Program-made: the position numbers and the translations under genes
Assembly: GCA_024405635.1 (NCBI GenBank)
Contig: JAKSOL010000003.1
Span: forward strand, 32,001 to 96,000
Reading direction: 5' to 3'
DNA length: 64,000 bases
Source: Salinivirgaceae bacterium
GTDB lineage: Bacteria; Bacteroidota; Bacteroidia; Bacteroidales; SZUA-534
Shown: positions 18,526 to 27,334 of the stretch, piece by piece
Position numbering within the stretch: the first letter of the stretch is position 1
Layout of the letters: each line of letters starts with the position of its first letter
Notes under the pieces: model-generated
The model's database searches: none
Seen by the model: the letters and a program-made list of their open reading frames with translations, nothing else
Told to the model about the DNA's origin: nothing

Positions 18526-19595
18526 AGTTGGTTGTAGGTTTTAATGAGTTGTTTTTCTTCGTTTTGCCAACATAACTCGTTGGCTGCCAGTTTGATATTG
18601 CTTGCGTAGGTGTTGCTTGCTTGCAACATTTGTTCTATTGCTTGAGCTAAAGCTTGTGGTGTTCGGTTGGTTAAAATAGTGCCTATTTGGTAGCTCTCAA
18701 CAATGGCGCGCATCTCTGGCAAATTTGACACTATTACTGGCACTCCCGCCTGAATGTAGTCAAACAACTTGTTGGGGAGCGCAAAGTGGTAGTTGAGTCC
18801 CAAATCTTCTTCAATTGACAAACCAACTGAAGCCATAGCTGTGTGTTCGCGGAGTTTTTCGGGTGGTAGTTTTCCTAAAAACACAACTTTTCCGCCATCG
18901 GTTTGGTTTTTGGCTTGAGTGCGCAATTGCTGTTCTACATCACCGCCTCCAGCAATCCACAACTCGCAGTTTGGTAACAGCCGCATAGTTTCAATCATAA
19001 GTTCAATACCTCGGCCTACGTTTAGTGCACCTTGGTACATAATCACGTTATTTTTGCGCTCGTAAGTTTGTGCGTTACGCTGCGTAGGAACGTTGCGAAT
19101 AACCGAAAACTGCTTGTTATACAGTTGGTTATAAATGTTGGCTATTGATTGACAAACTGTGTATGCAACATCAACTTTTGGCACAAAAATGCGCTCAATG
19201 GTTTGCCATATCCGTTTTGTTTTTGGGCGATTAACTAACTCTGGCAGTTCGGTAAATAGTTCGTGGCTATCGTAAACCAATTTGCGGCGGCGCAGTTTGG
19301 TTGCTAGTGTTACGCCAACCAATGTGTCGAGGTCGTTGGCCACTGCGGCATCAAATTTTTGGAACAAAATGAACCAAAAGATGCGCCAGTTTAGCAGTGC
19401 GTAAAATAACGGTCCACGTGTTGCTAAAAGACTGAATCTTACTGCTTTGTAACTAAAACTTACTGGCAAACTATTTTTCAACTTTCGGCCAACTAGCGTA
19501 ACGCTATATCCAGCATCGGTTAGCGACTGCGCCACACGTTGCACACGTTGGTCGGTTGCCAAATCGTTACTCACTGCCATTATTATTCGTCTCAT
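18519..19595 (-). CDS. Glycosyltransferase family 4
   Basis: YDSHELF, PNKLFDYIQAGVPVI. Confidence 0.92.
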   Translation of the reverse strand: MRRIIMAVSNDLATDQRVQRVAQSLTDAGYSVTLVGRKLKNSLPVSFSYKAVRFSLLATRGPLFYALLNWRIFWFILFQKFDAAVANDLDTLVGVTLATKLRRRKLVYDSHELFTELPELVNRPKTKRIWQTIERIFVPKVDVAYTVCQSIANIYNQLYNKQFSVIRNVPTQRNAQTYERKNNVIMYQGALNVGRGIELMIETMRLLPNCELWIAGGGDVEQQLRTQAKNQTDGGKVVFLGKLPPEKLREHTAMASVGLSIEEDLGLNYHFALPNKLFDYIQAGVPVIVSNLPEMRAIVESYQIGTILTNRTPQALAQAIEQMLQASNTYASNIKLAANELCWQNEEKQLIKTYNQLW

Positions 19596-19691
19596 ACGAG
19601 CAAACTTATCACTTTTTTATGTTTCAAAACTGTTTATAAATCGCCTTTATTATTTGTGTTGCGCAATTTACTTTTGCACAAACACTTAACT

Positions 19692-20714
19692 ATGGTGCAG
19701 ATAATTGAAAATGCTCAACTTAAAGAGTATAATACTTTTGGCATAAGCGCTTGTGCGTCAAAGCTTTGCATCTATACCGATGCGGCCGATATTGCTCAAC
19801 TTATTGCCGATAAAATAATAACCGACCAAACCAAAATTCTTGTGCTTGGTGGTGGGGCTAACATGTTGTTTGTCAATAATTTCGATGGATTGGTTATTCA
19901 CCCGCAAAATAGTTTTATAAAAATTATTGACCAAGATGCCGACTACTGTTACGTAGAGGCTGGCGCAGGAACAAATTGGGACGAATTTGTTGAATGGGCT
20001 GTTGAACAAAAACTCGGCGGAATTGAAAACCTATCGCTTATTCCGGGAACTGTTGGCGCTTCGCCTGTGCAAAATATTGGAGCATACGGAGTTGAGGCAA
20101 AAGACTCAATTTATAGTGTTAATGTGGTAAATCTGCGCAACGGTTTGCAACGCACGTTAACCAACAACGAGTGCAAATTTGGCTACCGAAACAGCATCTT
20201 TAAAAACGAACTGAAAGACCAATATCTTGTTCATTCGGTGGTTTACAAACTGAGCCGTCAGCCACAATTTACAACTCATTACGGCAGCATTCAGGCTGAA
20301 ATTGAAAAACTTGGAACACCAACGCTCAAAACTGTGCGTCAGGCAATTATAAATATTCGCTCGGCCAAGTTGCCCGACCCAAAAGTGACTGGCAATGCTG
20401 GTAGTTTTTTCAAAAATCCAACCATCAGCGCTTCAGAATTTGAGGTTGTGCGCTCCCATTTTCCCGATGTGGTTTCGTACGATGCTCCAAACGGAATGGT
20501 GAAACTTGCAGCAGGTTGGCTTATTGATAAGTGCGGACTAAAAGGCTATGTAAACAGCAACGGCACAGCGGGCGTTCACAGCAAGCAAGCGCTTGTGTTG
20601 GTTAATCTTGGCGGCGCCACAGGTTCCGACATTCTAAACCTTTCGAACTTTGTGCGCATAAGCGTGTTTAGCAAATTTGGCATTAACATTGAGCCTGAAG
20701 TAATAATCTTATAA
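19692..20714 (+). CDS. murB: UDP-N-acetylmuramate dehydrogenase
   Basis: NTFGI, GGGAN, IPGTVGASPVQNIGAYG, GSFFKNP, EPEV. Confidence 0.96.
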   Translation: MVQIIENAQLKEYNTFGISACASKLCIYTDAADIAQLIADKIITDQTKILVLGGGANMLFVNNFDGLVIHPQNSFIKIIDQDADYCYVEAGAGTNWDEFVEWAVEQKLGGIENLSLIPGTVGASPVQNIGAYGVEAKDSIYSVNVVNLRNGLQRTLTNNECKFGYRNSIFKNELKDQYLVHSVVYKLSRQPQFTTHYGSIQAEIEKLGTPTLKTVRQAIINIRSAKLPDPKVTGNAGSFFKNPTISASEFEVVRSHFPDVVSYDAPNGMVKLAAGWLIDKCGLKGYVNSNGTAGVHSKQALVLVNLGGATGSDILNLSNFVRISVFSKFGINIEPEVIIL

Positions 20715-20724
20715 TCAGTACAAT

Positions 20725-21339
20725 ATGTCGTTTATTGATGTTATTGACTATATTGGAACATTTGCCTTTGCAATAAGCGGAATACGTTTAGCCGCAGGCA
20801 AGCACTTCGATTGGTTTGGTGCGTTTGTGGTTGGTTTGGTTACTGCTGTTGGCGGCGGCACCATTCGCGACCTCCTTTTGGGCAACACACCGTTTTGGAT
20901 GCAGCAATCGTCATATCTGCTAGTTACTTTTTTCGCATTGTTTTTTGTCATACTATTTGGCCGTCAGCTAATTAAACTTAACCACACCATTTTTTTGTTC
21001 GATGCCATTGGTTTGGGGTTGTTTACCGTTGTGGGAATTGAAAAAAGTATCGACGCCGGTTTCCCAATTTGGGTTTGCATAATCATGGGAACTCTAACAG
21101 GTGCAGCAGGCGGCGTTTTGCGCGATACTTTGATTAACGAAGTGCCGCTTATTTTCCGAAAAGATATTTATGCCATTGCCTGCATCTTGGGCGGATTGAT
21201 ATTTTTTGCGTGCCGTTATTTTGAGTTTGGCCACGAACTTTCCGAAATTATTACTGCCACTTCGGTTATTGTTATCAGAATTGTGGCTGTTGTTTGCCAC
21301 ATAAGTTTGCCAACACTAAAGAGCGAAGACGATAAATAA
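20725..21339 (+). CDS. Trimeric intracellular cation channel family (YadS/UPF0126) membrane protein
   Basis: Duplicated GGGTIRD / GGVLRD, DAIGL. Confidence 0.9.
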   Translation: MSFIDVIDYIGTFAFAISGIRLAAGKHFDWFGAFVVGLVTAVGGGTIRDLLLGNTPFWMQQSSYLLVTFFALFFVILFGRQLIKLNHTIFLFDAIGLGLFTVVGIEKSIDAGFPIWVCIIMGTLTGAAGGVLRDTLINEVPLIFRKDIYAIACILGGLIFFACRYFEFGHELSEIITATSVIVIRIVAVVCHISLPTLKSEDDK

Positions 21340-21404
21340 ATTACACATCGGGCAAAAAAAATGATAATTTGGGGCAGAAATAATACCCCAAAAATCAATA
21401 AACA

Positions 21405-22724
21405 ATGCAAGATATTAAGTCGGAATACCTTCATCCTGAATTTGAAACGCTGGATAGGGAACAGATTGAGGCTTTGCAAGTAAAACGGTTGCAAGATACC
21501 GTGCGCCACTGCATGAACTCGGAGTTTTACAAAACAAAGTTTAACGAGTTGGGCATCAGTCCCGAAGACATTAAATCGACAGCCGACATACGCAAACTGC
21601 CGTTTACCACAAAACAAGATTTGCGCGATACTTATCCGTTTGGCATGGCAAGTGTGCCACTTGAAAAATGTGTGCGCCTTCACTCATCAAGCGGAACCAC
21701 AGGCAACCCAACTGTTATTTTGCATACCCAAAAAGACATTGACGAATGGGCAAACGCAGTGGCTCGTTGCCTTTGGATGGTTGGCTTGCGCCCAAGCGAT
21801 GTGTTTCAAAACTCATCGGGATACGGAATGTTTACTGGTGGATTAGGTTTTCAGTATGGAGCCGAACGTTTGGGAATGCTAACAGTGCCGGCAGCTGCAG
21901 GTAATACTCTTCGCCAAATAAAATTCATAAAAGATTTTGGAACAACTGCCATTCATGCTGTGCCATCGTACGTAACTCGTATTAAGGAAGTTATGGACCA
22001 ACAAGGAGTTGACCCACGCAAAGACACAAAACTTAAAGTGCTTGCTATTGGTGCTGAACCTCACTCTGAAGAGCAACGCAAACGCATCGAAGAAATGCTT
22101 GGCGTTAAAGCCTACAACAGCTTTGGCATGAGCGAAATGTGTGGCCCTGGTGTGGCGTTTGAATGCAAAGAGCAAAACGGACTTCACTTTTGGGAAGACT
22201 ACTACATTGTTGAAATTGTTGACCCAGAAACACTTGAGCCTGTGCCCGATGGCGAAATAGGCGAACTTGTGCTTACTACAATCAACCGCGAGGCTATGCC
22301 GCTTATACGTTACAGAACTCGCGACCTTACACGTGTGCTTGGTCGAACTTGCCCATGCGGTCGTAATCACATTAGACTCGACCGTATGAAAGGTCGCTCC
22401 GACGATATGATGGTGCTTAGAGGCGTTAACATTTTCCCAATACAAATTGAGAAAATACTCATGCAATTTAAAGAACTGTTAACCAACTATCTTATTACAC
22501 TTACCACCGATAACGACAACGACAACATGACAGTGGAAGTTGAGGTTGACGACTTGTATGCAAACGACAATTTGCACTTGCAACAACTAACAAAAGAAAT
22601 AATCCGCCAGCTAAAAGATGAAATATTGCTTACGCCTATCGTGAAACTTGTAGCTCGCGGTACCTTGCCACAAACCGATGGCAAAGCAGTGCGCGTAAAC
22701 GACTTGCGAAAAGTGTATAGTTAA
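21405..22724 (+). CDS. paaK: Phenylacetate-CoA ligase
   Basis: HSSSGTTG, GAEP, GMSE, RYRTRD, RGVNIFP, GKAVRV. Confidence 0.92.
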   Translation: MQDIKSEYLHPEFETLDREQIEALQVKRLQDTVRHCMNSEFYKTKFNELGISPEDIKSTADIRKLPFTTKQDLRDTYPFGMASVPLEKCVRLHSSSGTTGNPTVILHTQKDIDEWANAVARCLWMVGLRPSDVFQNSSGYGMFTGGLGFQYGAERLGMLTVPAAAGNTLRQIKFIKDFGTTAIHAVPSYVTRIKEVMDQQGVDPRKDTKLKVLAIGAEPHSEEQRKRIEEMLGVKAYNSFGMSEMCGPGVAFECKEQNGLHFWEDYYIVEIVDPETLEPVPDGEIGELVLTTINREAMPLIRYRTRDLTRVLGRTCPCGRNHIRLDRMKGRSDDMMVLRGVNIFPIQIEKILMQFKELLTNYLITLTTDNDNDNMTVEVEVDDLYANDNLHLQQLTKEIIRQLKDEILLTPIVKLVARGTLPQTDGKAVRVNDLRKVYS

Positions 22725-22736
22725 AAACGCGAGTGC
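22472..22736 (+). repeat. 265-bp direct repeat, copy 1 (paaK 3' end)
   Basis: Matches 26986-27250 with 3 substitutions seen near the 3' end. Confidence 0.95.
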
Positions 22737-22769
22737 GCGGTTTAGGCTAAACTTGCCAACAATTGTGGC

Positions 22770-22915
22770 GAGCGAGCGCAGCAACATGGAACTCAGTTAC
22801 AATATGCGAATCCGACGACCCGGAATCGAGGAACTAAACCCGTTCATTGACCGCAGCGACCCGTTTTCGCTCTCGTACGGAAACTCTCATCTCGACGTAG
22901 AAAAAACCAACAACC
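22770..22915 (+). pseudogene. Fragment of a TonB-dependent receptor beta-barrel gene
   Basis: LSYNMRIRRPGIEELNPFIDRSDPFSLSYGNSHLDVEKTN resembles the Bacteroidetes OMP beta-barrel RP...LNP...GNP.L motif. No N- or C-terminal context. Confidence 0.65.
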
Positions 22916-23299
22916 GCAACCAAAAGTCAAAAAAAGTGAGTTTTGGTTGCGGTTCTACTATTATCATAAATGTTCAGTAATCCATTGCCGTACTTTTGCG
23001 TAGCAACCCTCCACCACGTAATGATTCAAAACTTCCAGTTCTCCTAACGTGAAATTGATATTTTGGTCAAGTTCCTTTTTTAAAATGCCTAACACCGAGG
23101 TCATCTTTCCATTATTGGAGGTCTTTACGCATTCTCTCAGGTTCTCTTTCGCATTTATAAGATAACGGAGGCTCAATGAAATCATTCAGCGACAAGTTAT
23201 TTGTTGTTTTCAATAAATTCGGAAAGTTCACAAAGACAAAGGTTCATAGTGTGGGCAAAAACATCAAATTCCCTTTCACACGATTTTTTAGGCTTTTTC

Positions 23300-24379
23300 T
23301 CATCCTCCCCTATAAGCCGACGGCGACTGCCCCTTGCATTTCCGGAAAAACTTCGCGAAAACCATCTGCGACGAGAATCCCAACACATTTGCAATCTCCT
23401 GAATCGACATCGTGGTGGTGTTCAACAAAACCTCCGACTCCCTCAGAATCTGAGAATCAATCACTTGCTTGGGCGTACGACCGCTTATCGACTTGGTAAT
23501 CTGCGACAAGTAGCGCGTGGTGATGGCAAGGGCGTCAGCATAAAACTGAACATCGTGACTCTTGGTGTAATTATCGGCCACCTGCGAGAGGAACTTATTA
23601 TACAAATCATTGGGCCTGAGATTGTTCCTCCTGTCAAACGACTCAGCATAAACCACCTGACGATGCAGATAATCGTGGGCATTGCCTACCGCCAACTCCA
23701 CATCGTCGCCCATAGCCAGACGTGTTGCAATGGCCGACGACAACGCGCCTCCCACGCCGTGACGCTGCCAGCCCGACACATTCACCGACGAGAAAAACCT
23801 CTGGGAACCATCGCCATAGAGCAACGCGTGAATCCTGCCCTCCGAGAACTTGCCGCCACGGAGCAACACCGACTCAGCACCCATATCCACAAACCGCCTC
23901 GACGCCATTACCATATCCTCGTCGGTGCTGATACTGCGCCCAAGAATAATCTCGGCGTCGGTGCACTTCAGCATAAGAATCGTCGTAATAGGCAAAATAT
24001 TGTTGCACAGGGATTTAATGGAGTCATTTGACATAAGACATCCACCCCTGGACGACAAAACTCCAGGCGAGCACACAATCCTTCCGCATCCCACAATCTC
24101 GTTCCTAAGCAAGCGGATAGCCTTGGGCGAATCTATCATACCGATTTTCACCGCCTTGGGCCTTGAATCCTGATACACGGCCCTTACCTGACCAACCACG
24201 ATATCGTCGGGCAAGGTGTGGACACACTGAATGCCGTCCTCGTTCTGCACGGCGATAGACGTTACAGCCGTTACCGCGTGACCGCCAAGATCCCTAACGG
24301 TCTTTATATCAGCCTGAATGCCAGAATGTCCCGTGCTGTCGGAACCATTAACGCATAATATCGAAACAGGATTATTCAT
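23300..24379 (-). CDS. ThiD/PdxK-like ribokinase-fold domain fused to an AraC HTH; putative B6-responsive regulator
   Basis: N-terminal GSDSTGHSGIQADIKT, AVKIGM and HGVGGALSSAIA; C-terminal AraC-type VQFYADALAITTRYLSQI...SIQEIANVLGFSSQMVFAKFFRKCKGQSPSAYR. Confidence 0.88.
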   Translation of the reverse strand: MNNPVSILCVNGSDSTGHSGIQADIKTVRDLGGHAVTAVTSIAVQNEDGIQCVHTLPDDIVVGQVRAVYQDSRPKAVKIGMIDSPKAIRLLRNEIVGCGRIVCSPGVLSSRGGCLMSNDSIKSLCNNILPITTILMLKCTDAEIILGRSISTDEDMVMASRRFVDMGAESVLLRGGKFSEGRIHALLYGDGSQRFFSSVNVSGWQRHGVGGALSSAIATRLAMGDDVELAVGNAHDYLHRQVVYAESFDRRNNLRPNDLYNKFLSQVADNYTKSHDVQFYADALAITTRYLSQITKSISGRTPKQVIDSQILRESEVLLNTTTMSIQEIANVLGFSSQMVFAKFFRKCKGQSPSAYRGG

Positions 24380-24529
24380 AGTGTCACAAAGATAGAAACA
24401 AAGTCAAAGCCTCCCAAATCCGAATTCCGAAAACGACAAATTTGTCTGTTTGTACGACAAGTATTCCCATTTAGGAGAGAAATCGTCAGCCCCCAAAAAA
24501 TAAAACTGACCTTTGCACCGAAAAAAATG

Positions 24530-24610
24530 GAACACAGATAACACGGATCAAGCGGATTTGCGCTGATATTATGACCGTGACAATCCGCCTAATCTGCGTA
24601 ATCCGCGTTC
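24530..24610. repeat. Palindromic element built from 9-nt units in the pdxS leader
   Basis: gaacacagat-aacacggat-caagcggatt ... aatccgcct-aatctgcgt-aatccgcgttc. Confidence 0.7.
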
Positions 24611-24638
24611 TATCAAACCACATAAACACGAAAAAGAA

Positions 24639-25514
24639 ATGGCAGAAAACAGAGCAGAACTTAACCGCAACCTTGCACAGATGCTCAAGGGCGGTGTGAT
24701 AATGGACGTAACAACACCCGAGCAGGCACGCATAGCCGAGGAGGCCGGAGCCTGCGCCGTAATGGCATTGGAGCGCATCCCGGCCGACATCCGCGCAGTA
24801 GGCGGAGTATCGAGAATGAGCGACCCAAAGATGATAAAAGGCATTCAGGAGGCCGTCACAATCCCCGTAATGGCAAAGTGCAGAATAGGCCATTTCGCAG
24901 AGGCTCAGATACTTGAGGCTATCGAGATCGACTACATCGATGAGAGCGAGGTACTATCGCCCGCCGACGACATCTACCACATCAACAAGCGCGATTTCAA
25001 GGTTCCATTCGTATGCGGCGCCAAGGACCTCGGCGAGGCACTCCGACGCATCAACGAGGGCGCCACAATGATACGCACCAAGGGCGAGCCCGGCACCGGC
25101 GACATCATTCAGGCCGTACGCCATATGAGGATGATGCAGAGCGAGATACGCCGACTCACATCAATGAGCGAGGACGAACTCTACGAGGCCGCCAAGCAAC
25201 TCCGCGTGCCATACGAGTTGGTGCAGTACGTTCACCAGAACGGCAAACTCCCCGTAGTGAACTTCGCAGCCGGCGGAGTGGCCACCCCAGCCGACGCCTC
25301 GCTTATGATGCAACTCGGTGCTGACGGCGTATTCGTAGGCTCGGGAATCTTCAAGAGCGGCGACCCCGTAAAACGTGCCCAGGCCATCGTGAAAGCCGTC
25401 ACCAACTACAACAATCCCAAGATAATCGCAGAACTCAGCGAAGACCTCGGCGAGGCAATGGTAGGCATCAACGAGAGCGAAATCCAATTGCTAATGGCAG
25501 AGAGAGGAAAGTAA
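24639..25514 (+). CDS. pdxS: Pyridoxal 5'-phosphate synthase lyase subunit
   Basis: [42 protein letters not shown]. Confidence 0.97.
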   Translation: MAENRAELNRNLAQMLKGGVIMDVTTPEQARIAEEAGACAVMALERIPADIRAVGGVSRMSDPKMIKGIQEAVTIPVMAKCRIGHFAEAQILEAIEIDYIDESEVLSPADDIYHINKRDFKVPFVCGAKDLGEALRRINEGATMIRTKGEPGTGDIIQAVRHMRMMQSEIRRLTSMSEDELYEAAKQLRVPYELVQYVHQNGKLPVVNFAAGGVATPADASLMMQLGADGVFVGSGIFKSGDPVKRAQAIVKAVTNYNNPKIIAELSEDLGEAMVGINESEIQLLMAERGK

Positions 25515-26083
25515 TGAGCATCGCAATTCTTGCCCTTCAAGGAGCATTCGAGGAGCACGCCCAGATGCTCCAAAAAATCAGCGTGGATAGCGTGTTTATC
25601 CGCAATCTTGCTGATTGGCAGGCATATATATCGGCAACCGACGGCAACAGAGCCCTCATAATCCCCGGCGGAGAGAGCACCGCGATGATGCGTATCATCA
25701 GGGACGAGAACCTCTTTGAGCCAATCCGTGAGGCCATCATCAGCGGACTTCCCGTGTTCGGTACCTGTGCGGGAATGATAATGCTCGACGACCTCCACCT
25801 CAACGTGATGGACATCCACGCCAAACGCAACGCCTACGGCCGTCAGTTGGGAAGTTTCAGCACCGACCACGAGGTGGAAGGCATCGGCAGAATCCCTATG
25901 ACCTTCATCCGCGCGCCATACATCGAGAGCATCGGCCCTGATGCCAAAGTACTCTCCGTCTTAGACGGAAACATAATCTGCGCCCAGCAAGGCAAAATGC
26001 TCGTCTGCTCCTTCCACCCCGAACTCACCCAAGACGAAAGAATGCACAGGTATTTTGTCGAGATGGTAAAAAAATCTGAGTAA
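25514..26083 (+). CDS. pdxT: PLP synthase glutaminase subunit
   Basis: LALQGAF, PGGEST, GTCAG, RNAYGRQ, FIRAP, FHPEL. Confidence 0.96.
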   Translation: MSIAILALQGAFEEHAQMLQKISVDSVFIRNLADWQAYISATDGNRALIIPGGESTAMMRIIRDENLFEPIREAIISGLPVFGTCAGMIMLDDLHLNVMDIHAKRNAYGRQLGSFSTDHEVEGIGRIPMTFIRAPYIESIGPDAKVLSVLDGNIICAQQGKMLVCSFHPELTQDERMHRYFVEMVKKSE

Positions 26084-26136
26084 AAATTCTACTTTTAGTG
26101 AATTTGTAATATATATATGCCACAAATTAACCGGCA

Positions 26137-26456
26137 ATGAAAATATACTTCGAAAAGGATTATTTGAGCGAACTATATCAAAATGGTAAATGTAACGACA
26201 AAAACATCGTTACCAACCTCAGATAATCAACAAATATAAACGTGTTATAGATTTAATGATATCACAGCCCAACGTATTGTCGTTAACCCAATATGGCTCA
26301 CTGCATTACGAAAAACTCAGTGGCGACAAAAACGGTCTTTCTTCTGTAAGAGTCAACGACCAATACAGAATTGAATTCACGGAAAAAACCGAAGAAGGGC
26401 AAGACATCGCAACTATCTGCAACATCGAAGAATTGTCGAATCACTACAAAAAATAG
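26137..26456 (+). pseudogene. higB: HigB (RelE/ParE-fold) toxin with a 1-nt frameshift
   Basis: MKIYFEKDYLSELYQNGKCNDK stops at 26224-26226. Adding one A to the A5 run (26200-26204) gives KHRYQPQIINKY...LHYEKLSGD...SVRVNDQYRIEF. Confidence 0.8.
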
Positions 26457-26461
26457 AAACT

Positions 26462-26785
26462 ATGGCACATATATTAGCAAACAATATTACACCTTTCGCT
26501 CCCACACACCCAGGTGAGATCTTGAAAGACGAAATAGAATTCCGCGGAATCTCTCAGAAAGACCTCGTAGAGAATATGAACGTTTCATATTCATTTCTCA
26601 ACGAGGTTCTTAACGGGAAACGTCCACTCAACACCGAACTCGCTATGATGATAGAGGTTGCATTAGGCATATCGGCAGAGCCTCTCCTGAATATGCAGAT
26701 GCGCTACAATATGCAAGTTGCAAAGAAAGACACAAGTTTTACGGAAAAACTTAGCAAGATTAGGAAAATGGTAGCGGTTTGGTAG
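26462..26785 (+). CDS. higA: HigA family antitoxin (XRE HTH)
   Basis: PTHPGEILKDEI, LNEVLNGKRPL, LLNMQ..Y. Confidence 0.92.
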   Translation: MAHILANNITPFAPTHPGEILKDEIEFRGISQKDLVENMNVSYSFLNEVLNGKRPLNTELAMMIEVALGISAEPLLNMQMRYNMQVAKKDTSFTEKLSKIRKMVAVW

Positions 26786-26865
26786 AGATGACCAAATCCC
26801 CAGATAAATCGGCAAAAAACTGCCATTGTGGATTGTGGGAATTGGGTATTGAGAAAATCCTTCAT

Positions 26866-26973
26866 ACCTATCGGAATGTCACATTTTTTGCCACATTCCG
26901 ATAGGTTCTACCAAAATCGCTTATTGCAGTAACCGATTTTTATAGGATTTCGGTTAGTGGAGTAAGCGATTTT
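26866..26973. repeat. Two tandem inverted repeats at the island right end
   Basis: acctatcggaatgt/acattccgataggt (26866-26906) and aaaatcgctta..taaccga/tcggtta..taagcgatttt (26913-26973). Confidence 0.7.
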
Positions 26974-26985
26974 TTCATAAAAAAG

Positions 26986-27250
26986 AGAACTGTTAACCAA
27001 CTATCTTATTACACTTACCACCGATAACGACAACGACAACATGACAGTGGAAGTTGAGGTTGACGACTTGTATGCAAACGACAATTTGCACTTGCAACAA
27101 CTAACAAAAGAAATAATCCGCCAGCTAAAAGATGAAATATTGCTTACGCCTATCGTGAAACTTGTAGCTCGCGGTACCTTGCCACAAACCGAAGGCAAAG
27201 CAGTGCGCGTAAACGACTTGCGAAAAGTGTATAATTAAATACGCGAGTGC
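26986..27250 (+). repeat. 265-bp direct repeat, copy 2 (orphan paaK 3' fragment)
   Basis: Encodes the paaK C-terminus with D>E and S>N changes relative to copy 1. Confidence 0.95.
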
Positions 27251-27334
27251 AGGTTAGTTTAATATTGCCCAAATTGTGGTGTGCCGCCGAATTTGATTTC
27301 GGCCTGTGCCCAACGCGCAACTTTTGTTTTAAAG

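Larger units (their letters stand above)
22737..26985. mobile_element. ~4.25-kb genomic island (pdxST, regulator, higBA) inserted at the paaK 3' end; no integrase
   Basis: Flanked by 265-bp direct repeats. pdxS/pdxT codon usage is visibly GC-richer than the backbone. Carries a TA module and gene fragments. Confidence 0.8.

Noticed and set aside
23201-24031. 276-aa plus-strand ORF
   Set aside because: Antisense shadow of the GC-rich ThiD-AraC gene, with no recognisable motifs.
27041-27238. Independent 65-aa gene
   Set aside because: It is the duplicated paaK C-terminus within repeat copy 2.
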